Origin: an uncultured Myxococcales bacterium
GTDB taxonomy: Bacteria > Myxococcota_A > UBA9042
Length of the DNA: 64,000 nt
Direction of reading: 5' to 3'
Assembly: GCA_903955385.1 (NCBI GenBank)
Contig: CAJBNH010000158.1
Location: 11,658-75,657 of the forward strand
The position numbers were made by a program, and so were the translations under genes. Positions 39,265-49,308 of this stretch are shown here, piece by piece (the first letter of the stretch is position 1; each line of letters begins with the position of its first letter). The notes beneath the pieces were generated by a model, which had not been told where the DNA came from, made no database searches, and worked only from the letters and a program-made list of their open reading frames with translations.

Positions 39265-40113
39265 ATGACCGTCTGGATGCCCCGGTTGGCCCGCCCGCTC
39301 GTCGCGCTGGCTGCACTTGCGTTCACCGTTTCCGCCTGTGGTCCCAGCGAAGAGGGCGAGACCCGCAAGTGGGACGCCAACAAGCTGCTGGTTCAGGAAT
39401 TCTCAAGCAAGTTTGCGGCGGTGAAGCCCGCCTTTGAGGCCCGCCAGCAAGAGGCGCAAGTTGCTTGGGACAAGGCCAAGGCGCTGACGGACAAGGACCA
39501 GCGCGCCCAAGAGATGCGCAAGGCCAACGAGCTGCTGACCGTGATGCTGACGCCCGCGCAGGACATCGACCGCAAGTTCCGCGAGATCGACCAACTGCGC
39601 ACGGATCCTTCGCTTGTCGTGCTGCCGGCCTATCAGCTGAATCCGGTGTTGCAGGCGACCGACTGGCAGGTGCAGCAGGTGCGCGCTTCGCTGCAAACGG
39701 GACCGTCAACCACGCCGGGAGAGGCGATCGGCCGCCTGCGCGCCGCCAACGATCATCTGGCCCGCGCCCGCGAGCCGTTGGACCGTCTGAAGGCCCAGGT
39801 GGCTGAGCGGCAGCGCCTTCAGAACGCCGCGACCGCTGGACAAGCCGCCCCTGGCAGCGTGCCTCCCGGTTCCGTGCCTCCCGGTCAGCTCGCCCCCGGC
39901 GCGGTGCCTCCCGGTCAGCCGATGCCCGGCAGCCTGCCCCCGGCCGTCCCGACCCCTGCGCCGGACCCGAATGGCCCTCCCGGAAACGTTCCGCTGCAGC
40001 CGCTGCCGCCTCCGGGCACGATGCCTGGCGCGGTGCCCCCCGGTGCGGCCGCCCCTGCCCCCGGTGCCGTCCCCCCGGGCGCGCCCCCCGCACCGGCCGC
40101 CAAGCCGTTCTGA
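39265..40113 (+). CDS. Lipoprotein with Pro-rich repetitive C-terminus
   Basis: AAGGAG RBS. LAFTVSACG lipobox. C-terminal PGxVPPG repeats. Confidence 0.5.
   Translation: MTVWMPRLARPLVALAALAFTVSACGPSEEGETRKWDANKLLVQEFSSKFAAVKPAFEARQQEAQVAWDKAKALTDKDQRAQEMRKANELLTVMLTPAQDIDRKFREIDQLRTDPSLVVLPAYQLNPVLQATDWQVQQVRASLQTGPSTTPGEAIGRLRAANDHLARAREPLDRLKAQVAERQRLQNAATAGQAAPGSVPPGSVPPGQLAPGAVPPGQPMPGSLPPAVPTPAPDPNGPPGNVPLQPLPPPGTMPGAVPPGAAAPAPGAVPPGAPPAPAAKPF
39852..39918 (+). repeat. Three near-tandem copies of GTGCCTCCCGGT (encoding VPPG) inside the lipoprotein gene
   Basis: GTGCCTCCCGGT read directly at 39858, 39873 and 39904. Confidence 0.5.
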
Positions 40114-40192
40114 CCCCGACATTGGGCTCGACTCGCACGCGCGGCATTTGTTGCGCGAGCGTGGAAAGCCTTCGAAGTACAAGGAATTGGAT

Positions 40193-40654
40193 ATGCCCAC
40201 GCCGCTGGAACTCGAGCTTGGTGAACAACTGAAGGTCTGCATGCGGGCGGGGGACAAGGTCGGTCTGGCCGCCGTCCGCATGGTCCGCACGAAGATCATG
40301 GAGCGCCGCACCGCCAAGAACGCCCCTGAGATCACCGACGAGCTCGTCGTCGAGACCATTCGCGCCTACGTCAAGATGTTGCAGGGCGGCATCGACGAGC
40401 TGACGGCGGCGGGCGCGGGCGACAACGAGCAGGTGATTCTGGCCAAGGGCGAGATCGTCTATCTGGACCGCTTTCTGCCCAAGCTGTTGGACGAGGCGCA
40501 GACGCAGGCGCTGGTCGACCGTATCGTGGCCGAGCAGGGTTTGACCGACCCCAAGATGGCGGGCAAGGCGACCGGTCTGATCATGAAGGATTACAAAGGC
40601 CAAGTGGACCCGGGCGTGGTCAGTCGGCTGGTACGCGCCAAGCTCGGGGCGTAG
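40193..40654 (+). CDS. GatB/YqeY domain protein
   Basis: 153 aa, MPTPLELELGEQLKVCMRAGDKVGLAAVRMVRTKIMERR... matches the YqeY family pattern. RBS AAGGAA. Confidence 0.65.
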   Translation: MPTPLELELGEQLKVCMRAGDKVGLAAVRMVRTKIMERRTAKNAPEITDELVVETIRAYVKMLQGGIDELTAAGAGDNEQVILAKGEIVYLDRFLPKLLDEAQTQALVDRIVAEQGLTDPKMAGKATGLIMKDYKGQVDPGVVSRLVRAKLGA

Positions 40655-40672
40655 CCCGGACGGCCCCTGGCC

Positions 40673-43600
40673 CTACTCCTGCACGCCCCCAAGCGGCGCC
40701 GCCGGGTCGGCCGCGACAGGCGCCGGCCAACCCAGGAAATTGGGTACATACGGCGCCTCGGCCAGGTACTTCTCGTCGTCGATCACGCCCTCGTCGCGCA
40801 TCTTGTTCATGATGCCGATCATGCGCTCTTGCCACCACGGGTCCCACTGCTTCTTGGTAAAGCGGGCATAGCCGCAGCGCGGGCAGGGCTTGTTGGCGGC
40901 CAGGAACGCGGACTCCAGGGGCGACAGGTCCTTGCCCGACTTGCCGAAATAGGCCTGCGCGGCGCGCTCGATGCCGTAGATCTTGGGGCCGTACTCGATC
41001 ATGTTCACGTAGAGTTCGAGGATGCGGTCCTTGGGCACCCGCCGCTCCAACTGCCAGACGATCAGCAATTCCTCGAACTTGCGCGACAGGTGCTTGGCCC
41101 GCGACAGGTAGACGTTCTTGACGAGCTGCTGGGTGATGGTCGAGCCGCCGTACACGAAGCGGCCGTAGTCCAGGTCCATGCGGATGGCGCGCAGCAGCAG
41201 GCCCGGGCGGATACCGCGGTGCTTGTAGAAGGCGCCGTCTTCGGTGGCCATCATCGACCAGGGCAGCCAGGGCGGCATGTCGGCCAGCGCAACCCAGTAG
41301 CCCGACTGCGGTCCGACCAGCACGTCCTCCAGCATGGTGCCGTTCTCGTTGACGGGACGCACGAAGTCGCCGGCCAGCTCGTCGAGGTCGATCTTCTCGA
41401 ATTTGCTGACCTCGCACGTCGCGTCGTCGAGCGTCAGGTCCATCGTCGCCTTGTAGACGTCCTTCAGCGGCACGGCCAGGTCGACCATCCACGACACCTG
41501 CCCGGTCGCCTCGATCGCGCCGATGTTCGTCAGCAGCGCCTTGGGGATCGACCGCGCAACGGCACCGCAGTCCTGCCGCGCCATCTCGGCGCGGGCGTGG
41601 ACCACGGGCTTGTTCGTGACGTCGGTGGCCTCAAGCAGCACCCGCATCTGCGCGTCGCCGATCTTCAGGTCGGGCAGCTCCAGACGAATCGAGCCGTCGG
41701 CCGCCGAAGCCGTCAGCTGCATCTTGGTCGTCACCGACTGCAGATCCACGGGCTCGGGGGCCAGCCGCCACCAGTCGACGCCCACCTTCTTCAGTAGCAG
41801 GTCGCCCGTGATGTTCAGCGACGGTCCGGCACCCAGTCGAACCTCCAGATTCGCGGACAGGTCCGAGTCTTCGGCTACCGACACACCGGACGACACCACC
41901 CGCAGCGCCTGAGCGAACTGGCTGCCCGCCATCTTGAATTTCGCGCGGTCCAGCTTGGCTCCGGGGCCGGTGACGACGTCGGCGCTCAGCTCGCCCCACA
42001 CCCGCTCAGCGTCGAAGGGCTTGGCGCTGGCCGTCAGACCCCGCGAGCCGTCCGCCAGCACGGGCGTCCACTGCACGGTGATGTCGGATACGCCGCCGAA
42101 CGGCTGCGTCGAGCCGGGCTGCACGAAGCCGACGCGGCCGCCGATGACTTCGACCTTCAGGCGGGGGGCCTGCGCCATGCGGTCGATGACGTTTTGCACC
42201 AGCGCCTCGCCGCCCAGCAGCTTGGCGTGCAGCGCCCTCAGCGGTTCCGCATAGTTGGCAACGGCCGACTTCTGACCGTTGGCACCCTTGGCCACCGGCT
42301 TGGCGGTGGGCTTGGCGGCCGCGACACCCGCTTGCTCCAGCTTCAGCGCCACCTTTTCCTGCACCATCTTGCGCCGCGACTCGGGCGGCAGCTCGGGGTC
42401 GTCGATCTCGTCTTCGGCCTCTCCCTGCATCTGCTTGCGCAGCTTGGCTTCTTCGGCGGCCTTGACCGCACCCCAGATGGAGCGGCCCAGCGGCACCTGA
42501 TTCAGGGCGTCCTCGCGCCACGGCAGGTCGATCGATGGCTTCTCGACCTTCAGCAACACCAACGACTCGAAGGGCTTGTCCGATGGCATGCGGTCGGTGC
42601 GCAGCTCAGCCGCGGCCAGACCCAGCACGCCGATCTCGCCGGGCAGTGTGACCTGCAGGGCCTCGAGACGCGCCACCAGCGGCAGCTCGGTCCCGACCAC
42701 GGCACCCACGCCCAGCGACAGCGACTTCGCCTTGCCCGACCAGACCTTGGCGGCCGGTGCCGGCGGTGGTGGCGGGGCCTTGCCCTTGCCGGTCTTCTTG
42801 GCGGGGGCGGCGGGCTTTTCGGCGGCAATCGGCACGGCGAACGCGATGTCCTCAGCTGTCACGCCCAGACCGCGCACGCTGTCGGGCCGCACGCTGCGCA
42901 CGGACAGCAGCACCTGATCACCCTTGCGCAGGACCACGTCCTCGACGGCTCCGCCTTCCACCGCGTCGAAGCCGAAACCGCCCACCGACAGCGAATCGGC
43001 CCCCAGCGGCAGGGGCGAGGTGGCGGGGACTTTCAGGCGAAACTCAGGCGCGAAGCGGGCTTGCAGGCGCGGCGGTCCTTCCTTCTGCGCGACCATCGAC
43101 GCCGTCAGCTTGGACGCAACGGACCCATCGACCACGGCCGTCAGGTCGCCGACGTCGTGATTCAGGTCGACATGTGCCGCAATGTCGCGAATGCGCAGGC
43201 CCTGCGGCAGGTACTCGCTCCCCTTGCCGCGGACGCGCAGGGCGATCTGGCCGCGCTCGATCGAGAACGCCGACGCCGTCGTGGACTTCTCGTCGTCCTT
43301 GTCGTCTTCCTTCTCCTTGCGGGGGAACACGGTGCGAGCGGCGCGGTAGAGATCCAGCATCTCCTTGGGCTTGCCGTCATCCACGACCACGTCGATCAGA
43401 AAGCCCTTGAGGTCCGCGCTCTGGGGACGGCGACGACCGGCCAGAATCCTCAGGAACGAGAATTTGGCCTCCGCATTCTCCACCGCAACGACCTTGCTGT
43501 TGTCGGCGCGGATGAATGCAAGCCCTTGGATCTGAACGCGTCCCATCATGCTGACCGACACATCGGTCAGCTCCAGACGCAGGTTGGCCTCTTTCGCAAT

Positions 43601-43777
43601 CCGCTCCAGCTTGCCGCGGACGACGCCGCCCGCCACGACCGAGCCGATGACGCCGCCCAACAGGACAAGCGCCGCGACGGACGCGCCGACGATGAGCCAA
43701 AGCTTCTTGCGGTTGGCGCGGGACTCGGGACCCCGGACGGGCGGCCGTTCCACGGGGCGCTTGAAGGGCGTGGGCAT
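40673..43777 (-). CDS. Large membrane-anchored protein with C-terminal GT51 peptidoglycan transglycosylase domain
   Basis: N-terminal TM anchor (LWLIVGASVAALVLLGGVIGSVVAGGVV), about 800 aa of uncharacterised, presumably periplasmic region. The last ~200 aa carry EDGAFYKHRGIRP, GGSTITQQLVKN, RKFEE and the EYG motif of GT51 glycosyltransferases. Confidence 0.65.
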   Translation of the reverse strand: MPTPFKRPVERPPVRGPESRANRKKLWLIVGASVAALVLLGGVIGSVVAGGVVRGKLERIAKEANLRLELTDVSVSMMGRVQIQGLAFIRADNSKVVAVENAEAKFSFLRILAGRRRPQSADLKGFLIDVVVDDGKPKEMLDLYRAARTVFPRKEKEDDKDDEKSTTASAFSIERGQIALRVRGKGSEYLPQGLRIRDIAAHVDLNHDVGDLTAVVDGSVASKLTASMVAQKEGPPRLQARFAPEFRLKVPATSPLPLGADSLSVGGFGFDAVEGGAVEDVVLRKGDQVLLSVRSVRPDSVRGLGVTAEDIAFAVPIAAEKPAAPAKKTGKGKAPPPPPAPAAKVWSGKAKSLSLGVGAVVGTELPLVARLEALQVTLPGEIGVLGLAAAELRTDRMPSDKPFESLVLLKVEKPSIDLPWREDALNQVPLGRSIWGAVKAAEEAKLRKQMQGEAEDEIDDPELPPESRRKMVQEKVALKLEQAGVAAAKPTAKPVAKGANGQKSAVANYAEPLRALHAKLLGGEALVQNVIDRMAQAPRLKVEVIGGRVGFVQPGSTQPFGGVSDITVQWTPVLADGSRGLTASAKPFDAERVWGELSADVVTGPGAKLDRAKFKMAGSQFAQALRVVSSGVSVAEDSDLSANLEVRLGAGPSLNITGDLLLKKVGVDWWRLAPEPVDLQSVTTKMQLTASAADGSIRLELPDLKIGDAQMRVLLEATDVTNKPVVHARAEMARQDCGAVARSIPKALLTNIGAIEATGQVSWMVDLAVPLKDVYKATMDLTLDDATCEVSKFEKIDLDELAGDFVRPVNENGTMLEDVLVGPQSGYWVALADMPPWLPWSMMATEDGAFYKHRGIRPGLLLRAIRMDLDYGRFVYGGSTITQQLVKNVYLSRAKHLSRKFEELLIVWQLERRVPKDRILELYVNMIEYGPKIYGIERAAQAYFGKSGKDLSPLESAFLAANKPCPRCGYARFTKKQWDPWWQERMIGIMNKMRDEGVIDDEKYLAEAPYVPNFLGWPAPVAADPAAPLGGVQE

Positions 43778-43822
43778 GGCAGGTCACTCAGGGGCTACAA
43801 GACGTTGCCCGAACGCCGCATC

Positions 43823-45901
43823 CTAGGTCGGAGCGGCCTCCGGGTCCAAATCTTGCGTTGCCGGCCTGGCGGGCGCTTCCAACGCGTCCAGCACGATCTC
43901 TGCGATGTCGCGGGTGCGGACGGCGTCGTACAAGTCCTTGTCCTTCAAGCCATCAGCCAGCATCGTCACGCAGAAGGGGCAGCCCGATGCGACCACCTGG
44001 GGTTGGGTCTCCATCGCCTGCTCGATGCGCAGGTGGTTGATCCGCTTGCCGATCTTCTCCTCCATGAACATTCTCGCGCCGCCGGCTCCGCAGCACATGC
44101 CCAGCTGTCGGGACCGCTCCATCTCGACCAACTCCAGCCCCGGAACGGCCTTGAGCGTCTCGCGCGGGGCGTCGTATTCGTCGTTGTGGCGGCCGAGGTA
44201 GCACGAGTCGTGGAAGACGACCTTCTGCGCGGTGGCATCGGTCTTGAAGTGCAGCTTGCCTGCCTTGATCAGCTCGGCGATCAGCTGCGTGTGGTGCACG
44301 ACCTCGTACTGGCCCCCCAACTGCGGGTACTCGTTCTTGATCGTGTTGTAGCAGTGCGGGCAAGCGGTGAAGACCTTCTTGACGTTGAGCTCGGCAAACG
44401 TCTCGATGTTGGCCTTGGCTTGGTCCTGGAACAGGTACTCGTGGCCCATGCGCCGTCCGGGGTCGCCGCAGCACTTCTCCTTCTTGCCCAAGACCGCAAA
44501 CGACACGCCGGCTTGCTTGAGGATGCGCGCGGTGGCGATCGAGATGGTCTTGGCGCGGTCGTCGAACGATCCGGCACAGCCGACGAAGAACAGCCACTCG
44601 GCCTCGGGGTTGTCGGCTAGCGTCGGGATGCCCTCGTCCTTGGCCCACTCGCCGCGCTTGCCGGACGCCAGGCCCCACGGATTCGACTTGGATTCCAGGT
44701 TCTTCAGCGTCGTGCCGAGCTCCTTGGGGAACTCGTTGCGCGTCATCATCATGTGCCGACGGATGCCGACGATCTTGTCGATGTGCTCGATCATCACCGG
44801 GCACTGCTCGCTGCACGACCGGCAGGTGGTACACGCCCAGATCGCGTCGAGGTTCACCGCCTGGATCAGCGCCGGCAGGTCGCCGCCCTCGCCATCCTCG
44901 CCGCCCGCCGCGGCCAGAGGAGCCATCGGCTTGCCAGCCGCCTCGGCATACACGAAGTCGCGCGTGTCCAGGATGATCATCTTGGGGTTCAGGGGCTTGC
45001 CCGTCTGCCACGCCGGACAGTTGACCTCGCAGCGGCCGCACTCGGTGCAGGTGTACAGGTCCAGCACCTGCTTCCACGTCAGGTCGGAAGACTTCGCGAT
45101 GCCCAAGGGCTCCTCGGCCTCCAGCTTGGCCTCGATGTCGGGGACGAAGGGCAGGGCGCCCTTGGGCTCCAGGCGCGACAGGAACACGTTCGGCAGCGAC
45201 GTGATCACGTGGAAGTGCTTGGACAGGGGCAGCAGGTTCAGGAAGGTCAGGACCACGATCAGGTGGATCCAGTAGTTGACCTCGGCCCACAGCAGCAGCG
45301 TCTTGGCCTCGGCACCGCCCGCGGCAAACAGCCCTGCCAGCCAGCCGCCGATGGGGGCGTGCGCGACCTCTGCCAGCCGGGCCGGGTCGGTCTTGGCCAG
45401 ACCACCGAAGTGCAGACCGTCGTACAGAAAGTCGGTGACCATCAGCATCGCGATGAAGCCGAGGATCAGCAGGGCCTCGCCGCTGTAGGCGATGCGCTTG
45501 GGCCGCACCACCAGCCGCCGCCAGATGAAGCCCAGGATGGCGACCAGCACCACGGCCTCCGTGATGTCCTTCACGAAGTCGTAACCGGCTTGCAGCACAC
45601 CGGGCAGCGCGGCCTCGGGGGCATACGCCTGCACGAACAGCTGCAGCGTGCGCACGGCCAGGATCGAGAAGCCCCAGAACGTAAAGGCGTGCAGCAGGCC
45701 CGACGCCGGCTCCTTGAACATCTTCTTCTGGGCAATGCCGACGACCAGCAGCTTGCGCACGCGGGCGGCGACGAGGTCCCAGCGCGTCTCTGGCTTGGCC
45801 GCGCGCAAGACCTTCCATCGCAAGGCGATCGTGCGGGCGAACAGGCCCAGACCGACCAACAGCAGCACGGATGCGACGATCACGCGATAGTCAAAGCTCA
45901 T
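43823..45901 (-). CDS. Membrane-bound Fe-S oxidoreductase (NarI/HdrE-like heme b membrane domain fused to HdrD/GlpC-like CCG domains, EtfD-like)
   Basis: N-terminal ~5 TM helices. Two ferredoxin-type CxxCxxCxxxCP motifs (CTECGRCEVNCP, CTTCRSCSEQCP). Two Cys-rich CCG domains (KCCG, CCGAGG). Internal ATG 45901. Confidence 0.7.
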   Translation of the reverse strand: MSFDYRVIVASVLLLVGLGLFARTIALRWKVLRAAKPETRWDLVAARVRKLLVVGIAQKKMFKEPASGLLHAFTFWGFSILAVRTLQLFVQAYAPEAALPGVLQAGYDFVKDITEAVVLVAILGFIWRRLVVRPKRIAYSGEALLILGFIAMLMVTDFLYDGLHFGGLAKTDPARLAEVAHAPIGGWLAGLFAAGGAEAKTLLLWAEVNYWIHLIVVLTFLNLLPLSKHFHVITSLPNVFLSRLEPKGALPFVPDIEAKLEAEEPLGIAKSSDLTWKQVLDLYTCTECGRCEVNCPAWQTGKPLNPKMIILDTRDFVYAEAAGKPMAPLAAAGGEDGEGGDLPALIQAVNLDAIWACTTCRSCSEQCPVMIEHIDKIVGIRRHMMMTRNEFPKELGTTLKNLESKSNPWGLASGKRGEWAKDEGIPTLADNPEAEWLFFVGCAGSFDDRAKTISIATARILKQAGVSFAVLGKKEKCCGDPGRRMGHEYLFQDQAKANIETFAELNVKKVFTACPHCYNTIKNEYPQLGGQYEVVHHTQLIAELIKAGKLHFKTDATAQKVVFHDSCYLGRHNDEYDAPRETLKAVPGLELVEMERSRQLGMCCGAGGARMFMEEKIGKRINHLRIEQAMETQPQVVASGCPFCVTMLADGLKDKDLYDAVRTRDIAEIVLDALEAPARPATQDLDPEAAPT

Positions 45902-45950
45902 GGTCGCTCCCGGACGGAGGACACCCCGGTCGCAGGACCCCGAGCCCGCT

Positions 45951-46706
45951 TCAGGGGTGTTCGATTCGCGGACGACGGATGGCCTGCACGGCCCAAGTCG
46001 GCTCCCCCCGGAGCCCACAACGTCGTTCGCGCAAGGTCGGCGGCAGCCCCGCGCTGGGGTCCTGCAGCCTCGTGACTTCGAAGGCGGGCTGGCGCCGGAA
46101 TTCTTCCTCGGCCCAGTCGGCGTAGTCGGAGACGTCGGTCTTGAGCAGCAGCCGGCCGCCGTCGCGCAGCCAGCCCGCAGCATCGGCCACGAATTCGGGC
46201 GAGATCAGGCGCTTCTTGACGTGCCGCAGCTTCCACCAAGGGTCGGGGAAGAACACGAACAGCTCGTCCAGCGTCCCCGGCACCAGCACGCGGGGCAGCA
46301 TCTCGCGGGCGTCGACCAGCGCAAGCACGGCGTTCTCGACCCCGTGTTGCTGCAGCCACTCGTCGGCCTCTTCGCAGAACTTGCGGCGGACCTCGAAGCC
46401 CAGAAACCGCTCGTCGGGGTGCAGCGCGCAGTAGCCCGCCACGAACCGCCCCAACTGAAAGCCGATTTCGACCACCAGCCGTCGCTTGTCGGTCGGGTCG
46501 CAGTAGGCGCGAAGAAGGTCCTCGTCCTGCACCCGAAAGATCGGGTCGACGACGTAGCGGCCTTTCAGGGGCGAGGGGGTGCCGTGGGCGCGGCGCTTCT
46601 CAATCGAGCCGCCAATCAAGGCCTTGGCGCGCTGGCGCTGGGCGTCGGGCGGATCGGTGGCGAGGGCGTTTGGGGTGTCGAGAATCTGGAACTTGCGCAT
46701 CGCCAT
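45951..46706 (-). CDS. trmB: tRNA (guanine46-N7)-methyltransferase
   Basis: VEIGFQLG SAM-binding region and FFPDPWWKLRHVKKR signature. Start ambiguous among ATGs at 46721, 46706 and 46700. Confidence 0.8.
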   Translation of the reverse strand: MAMRKFQILDTPNALATDPPDAQRQRAKALIGGSIEKRRAHGTPSPLKGRYVVDPIFRVQDEDLLRAYCDPTDKRRLVVEIGFQLGRFVAGYCALHPDERFLGFEVRRKFCEEADEWLQQHGVENAVLALVDAREMLPRVLVPGTLDELFVFFPDPWWKLRHVKKRLISPEFVADAAGWLRDGGRLLLKTDVSDYADWAEEEFRRQPAFEVTRLQDPSAGLPPTLRERRCGLRGEPTWAVQAIRRPRIEHP

Positions 46707-46783
46707 GAGGCAGAGAAGCATAGCGCACTGCGTCACGGGCGACAACGCGCCGACCCGGGACCGCCCGCCCCGTGAGGAGCCGC

Positions 46784-48331
46784 ATGGCCGCGACCGAGAC
46801 CCCTCCGCCTCCCACCGCCGCCGACGTCAAGACGCCTGTGCGCACCGGCGTGATGGCGACGCTGCTGCTGGTGATGATCACCGTGTCGGCCAGCGTGGCG
46901 ATCTACAGCGCATGGCTGCTGATCCGCGGGGAGAAGGTGCCGATCGCGCTGGAGGCGTTGCCTGCGGACTGCGTCTGGGTGGTGCAGTCCGACCTGCCCG
47001 GCGAGCTCGCGGGGGCCTGGCGCGCGATGTCGCAACACCCTGCACTGCCTGACGAAATGGCCAAGGACGCGCGTGGTCTGCAAGAGCTGCTTCGCGATCT
47101 GGCGGCGGTGCCGGGGCTGGCACGCGGTGGCGCGTGGGCGGTGTGCGGTCTGCGGCAGGGCGCGGTGGCGGCGCTGCCCGACGCGGGCGGCGGCCTGCCG
47201 ATGGCGCGGGCGTGGTTCGACCGGCTGCGGGCGGCGCCGTGGCCCCGGATGCTGGCTGCCGCCGATGTGTCCAACCCCTTGCAGGGACTGCAGAGCGGGA
47301 CGTGGAGCCAGGTCGACGGTCGGGCCATCCTGCGCGACGACCAAGGGCGCAGTCGCGCGGCGGTCAGTCAGGAGCAGGGCGTGGTGCTGGTCGCCTGGAG
47401 CTATGGCGACGTCGAGGCGACGGCGGTGCTGGACGAGTCACGCGTGGCGGCGAGTCGCAACCCCTTGAAGGAAGACGAGGAGTTTCGGGCCGCCATCGAG
47501 CGGGCCGGGGGCGGTCAGCTGCACCTCTACATCGGCGGCGAGGCGGCGCGGGTGTTTGCCAGGCGCACGAACCTGGGCCACGGGGCGGGCGTACCGCCGT
47601 GGCAACCGGGGCTGCCGAGCTTGCGGTGGCTGGGGGTGGCGCTGCGGTCCGACGCGACCGGCGTGCGCATCCACGCGCACCTGGGCACGACCGAAAAGGG
47701 TGCAGCCTGGCTGAAGCAGACGTTCGACGTGACGGGCGTGCTGGACGCGGCGCCGTACGTCGATGCGCAGGCAACGGTGGTGGGCGTGGTGCGGCTGCCG
47801 CTGGCGACGTGGGCCGCGTGGGGCAGCCTGCCCGGGCAGCTGCCGACCGAGCTGTCCAAGGGCTTGACCGGCCAAGCGATCTGGCAAGAACTGCCGGCCG
47901 CGGGTCTGGGGAGCGAGGCAACGCCCACTGGTCTGGTGCTGCTGCAGGTTCGCGACGCGGCTGTGGTGCAGGGCTGGCTGGCGACTCGGCGCGACAACCC
48001 GCAACCCGCAGGAATGGTGGACGGATTTTTGGTCATCGGCACGGACCGCACGACCGTTGGCCGTGGCGAGGCGTTGGTGCGCAAGGCGCGCAAGCTGGAC
48101 GGTGTCCCCGAGCTGGGTCCCGACACCAAGCGGCTGCTCAGCGAGACGCAGGGGCTGCTGGCCAGACCCGGAGCCCAGATCGACGTCGGAAAGCTGCGCG
48201 GTTGGCGCGGTCCGCTGGAGGCCGAGTGGCTGTGGCTCGACACCGGTCTGATCGGCGAATTGCGCCTGCTGCCAGTTGCTTCCGACCCATCGCCGGGTCC
48301 GCTGGCCACCGGCGGACCCGGGCCGGGTTGA
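46784..48331 (+). CDS. Hypothetical membrane-anchored protein
   Basis: N-terminal TM (VMATLLLVMITVSASVAIYSAWLLI), ~480 aa Ala/Gly/Leu-rich soluble region. No motif recognised. An upstream GTG 46772 is also possible. Confidence 0.4.
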   Translation: MAATETPPPPTAADVKTPVRTGVMATLLLVMITVSASVAIYSAWLLIRGEKVPIALEALPADCVWVVQSDLPGELAGAWRAMSQHPALPDEMAKDARGLQELLRDLAAVPGLARGGAWAVCGLRQGAVAALPDAGGGLPMARAWFDRLRAAPWPRMLAAADVSNPLQGLQSGTWSQVDGRAILRDDQGRSRAAVSQEQGVVLVAWSYGDVEATAVLDESRVAASRNPLKEDEEFRAAIERAGGGQLHLYIGGEAARVFARRTNLGHGAGVPPWQPGLPSLRWLGVALRSDATGVRIHAHLGTTEKGAAWLKQTFDVTGVLDAAPYVDAQATVVGVVRLPLATWAAWGSLPGQLPTELSKGLTGQAIWQELPAAGLGSEATPTGLVLLQVRDAAVVQGWLATRRDNPQPAGMVDGFLVIGTDRTTVGRGEALVRKARKLDGVPELGPDTKRLLSETQGLLARPGAQIDVGKLRGWRGPLEAEWLWLDTGLIGELRLLPVASDPSPGPLATGGPGPG

Positions 48332-48401
48332 CAGCCCCGACGGGGTGAAGGACACCGCAGGCGCGCCCATGCCGACGGCGCCCACGCAAGGCAGCCCCCC
48401 C

Positions 48402-49274
48402 ATGTCCATGCTGACCCCGTACTACGGCCTGCTCGACCGCTGCGAGCCGTTCCTGATCGCCGGATCCGACATCGCCCCGCTGCTTGACCGCGAGCCGCTG
48501 GGCGTGCGCATCCCCGACCGCAACGTCTTTCACCCACAGCAGCGCAAGAACGCGGATTTCCTGACGATGTTGCGGCTGGTCGACCAGCTGACCTTTGGCC
48601 CGTTCGGCATGCAGATGCCGTCGTGGGTGTTCTACGACTGCGCGGTGATGCCGGGCGCCGTGTTTGGTCTGGGGATCCGTGCCGACAGGCTGGAGGACTG
48701 GGCCCGCGAGGCCATGCAAGTCCCCGCAACGTATGACGGTCTGGTGCCGGTGTCGCAGTTCATCGCCATCCCGATGCTGGCCGGGTTCGCCGGTGGCGCG
48801 CCGACGCCGCGGTCGTGGCTGCTCTACACGCTCGAGTCGCTCAACCTCGTGTCGCCCGGCATCGCCCCCGCCGGCGCCCTGCGCGCCACCATGGCCTTGG
48901 GGCTGCGGGTGTTTCCGATCGACGAGCTGCACGGCACCACGCAGTGGCGCTCGCCTCGACTGGTGCCGTACTCGGATCTGGGACCGCTGGAGCTCGTCAC
49001 CGCCTACACGCCGGCGCACTCGCTGCCGCGCACGCTCAGCTTTCGCCTGCGGATGGCCGATGCGTCGATCGAGCGACTGTTGGCCGCAGAGCCGCTGTCT
49101 GCACCCCACGCCAATCTGGTGCTGGAGGTCGATGACGTGGCCGCCTTGAAGGCCGTACAGCGGGACATCGAGGCCGGTTGCCGAATTCACGTGGCTGGTC
49201 ATCCGGTTGTGCGCGGTTCGTCCGTACGCGTGCCGTTGTTCCGCCAGCCGCCCGACGCCGCCCCTGCCGACTGA
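48402..49274 (+). CDS. Uncharacterised protein, paralog A of tandem pair
   Basis: Shares with paralog B the blocks LTFGPxGMxMPxWVFYDCAxxPGAxxGL, DYxGLVPVSxxxAIPM, TQWxS and TPAHS. About 290 aa. Confidence 0.5.
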   Translation: MSMLTPYYGLLDRCEPFLIAGSDIAPLLDREPLGVRIPDRNVFHPQQRKNADFLTMLRLVDQLTFGPFGMQMPSWVFYDCAVMPGAVFGLGIRADRLEDWAREAMQVPATYDGLVPVSQFIAIPMLAGFAGGAPTPRSWLLYTLESLNLVSPGIAPAGALRATMALGLRVFPIDELHGTTQWRSPRLVPYSDLGPLELVTAYTPAHSLPRTLSFRLRMADASIERLLAAEPLSAPHANLVLEVDDVAALKAVQRDIEAGCRIHVAGHPVVRGSSVRVPLFRQPPDAAPAD

Positions 49275-49308
49275 ACCCCGCTTCCCGCCCCCGCGCCGGA
49301 GCCCCGCC

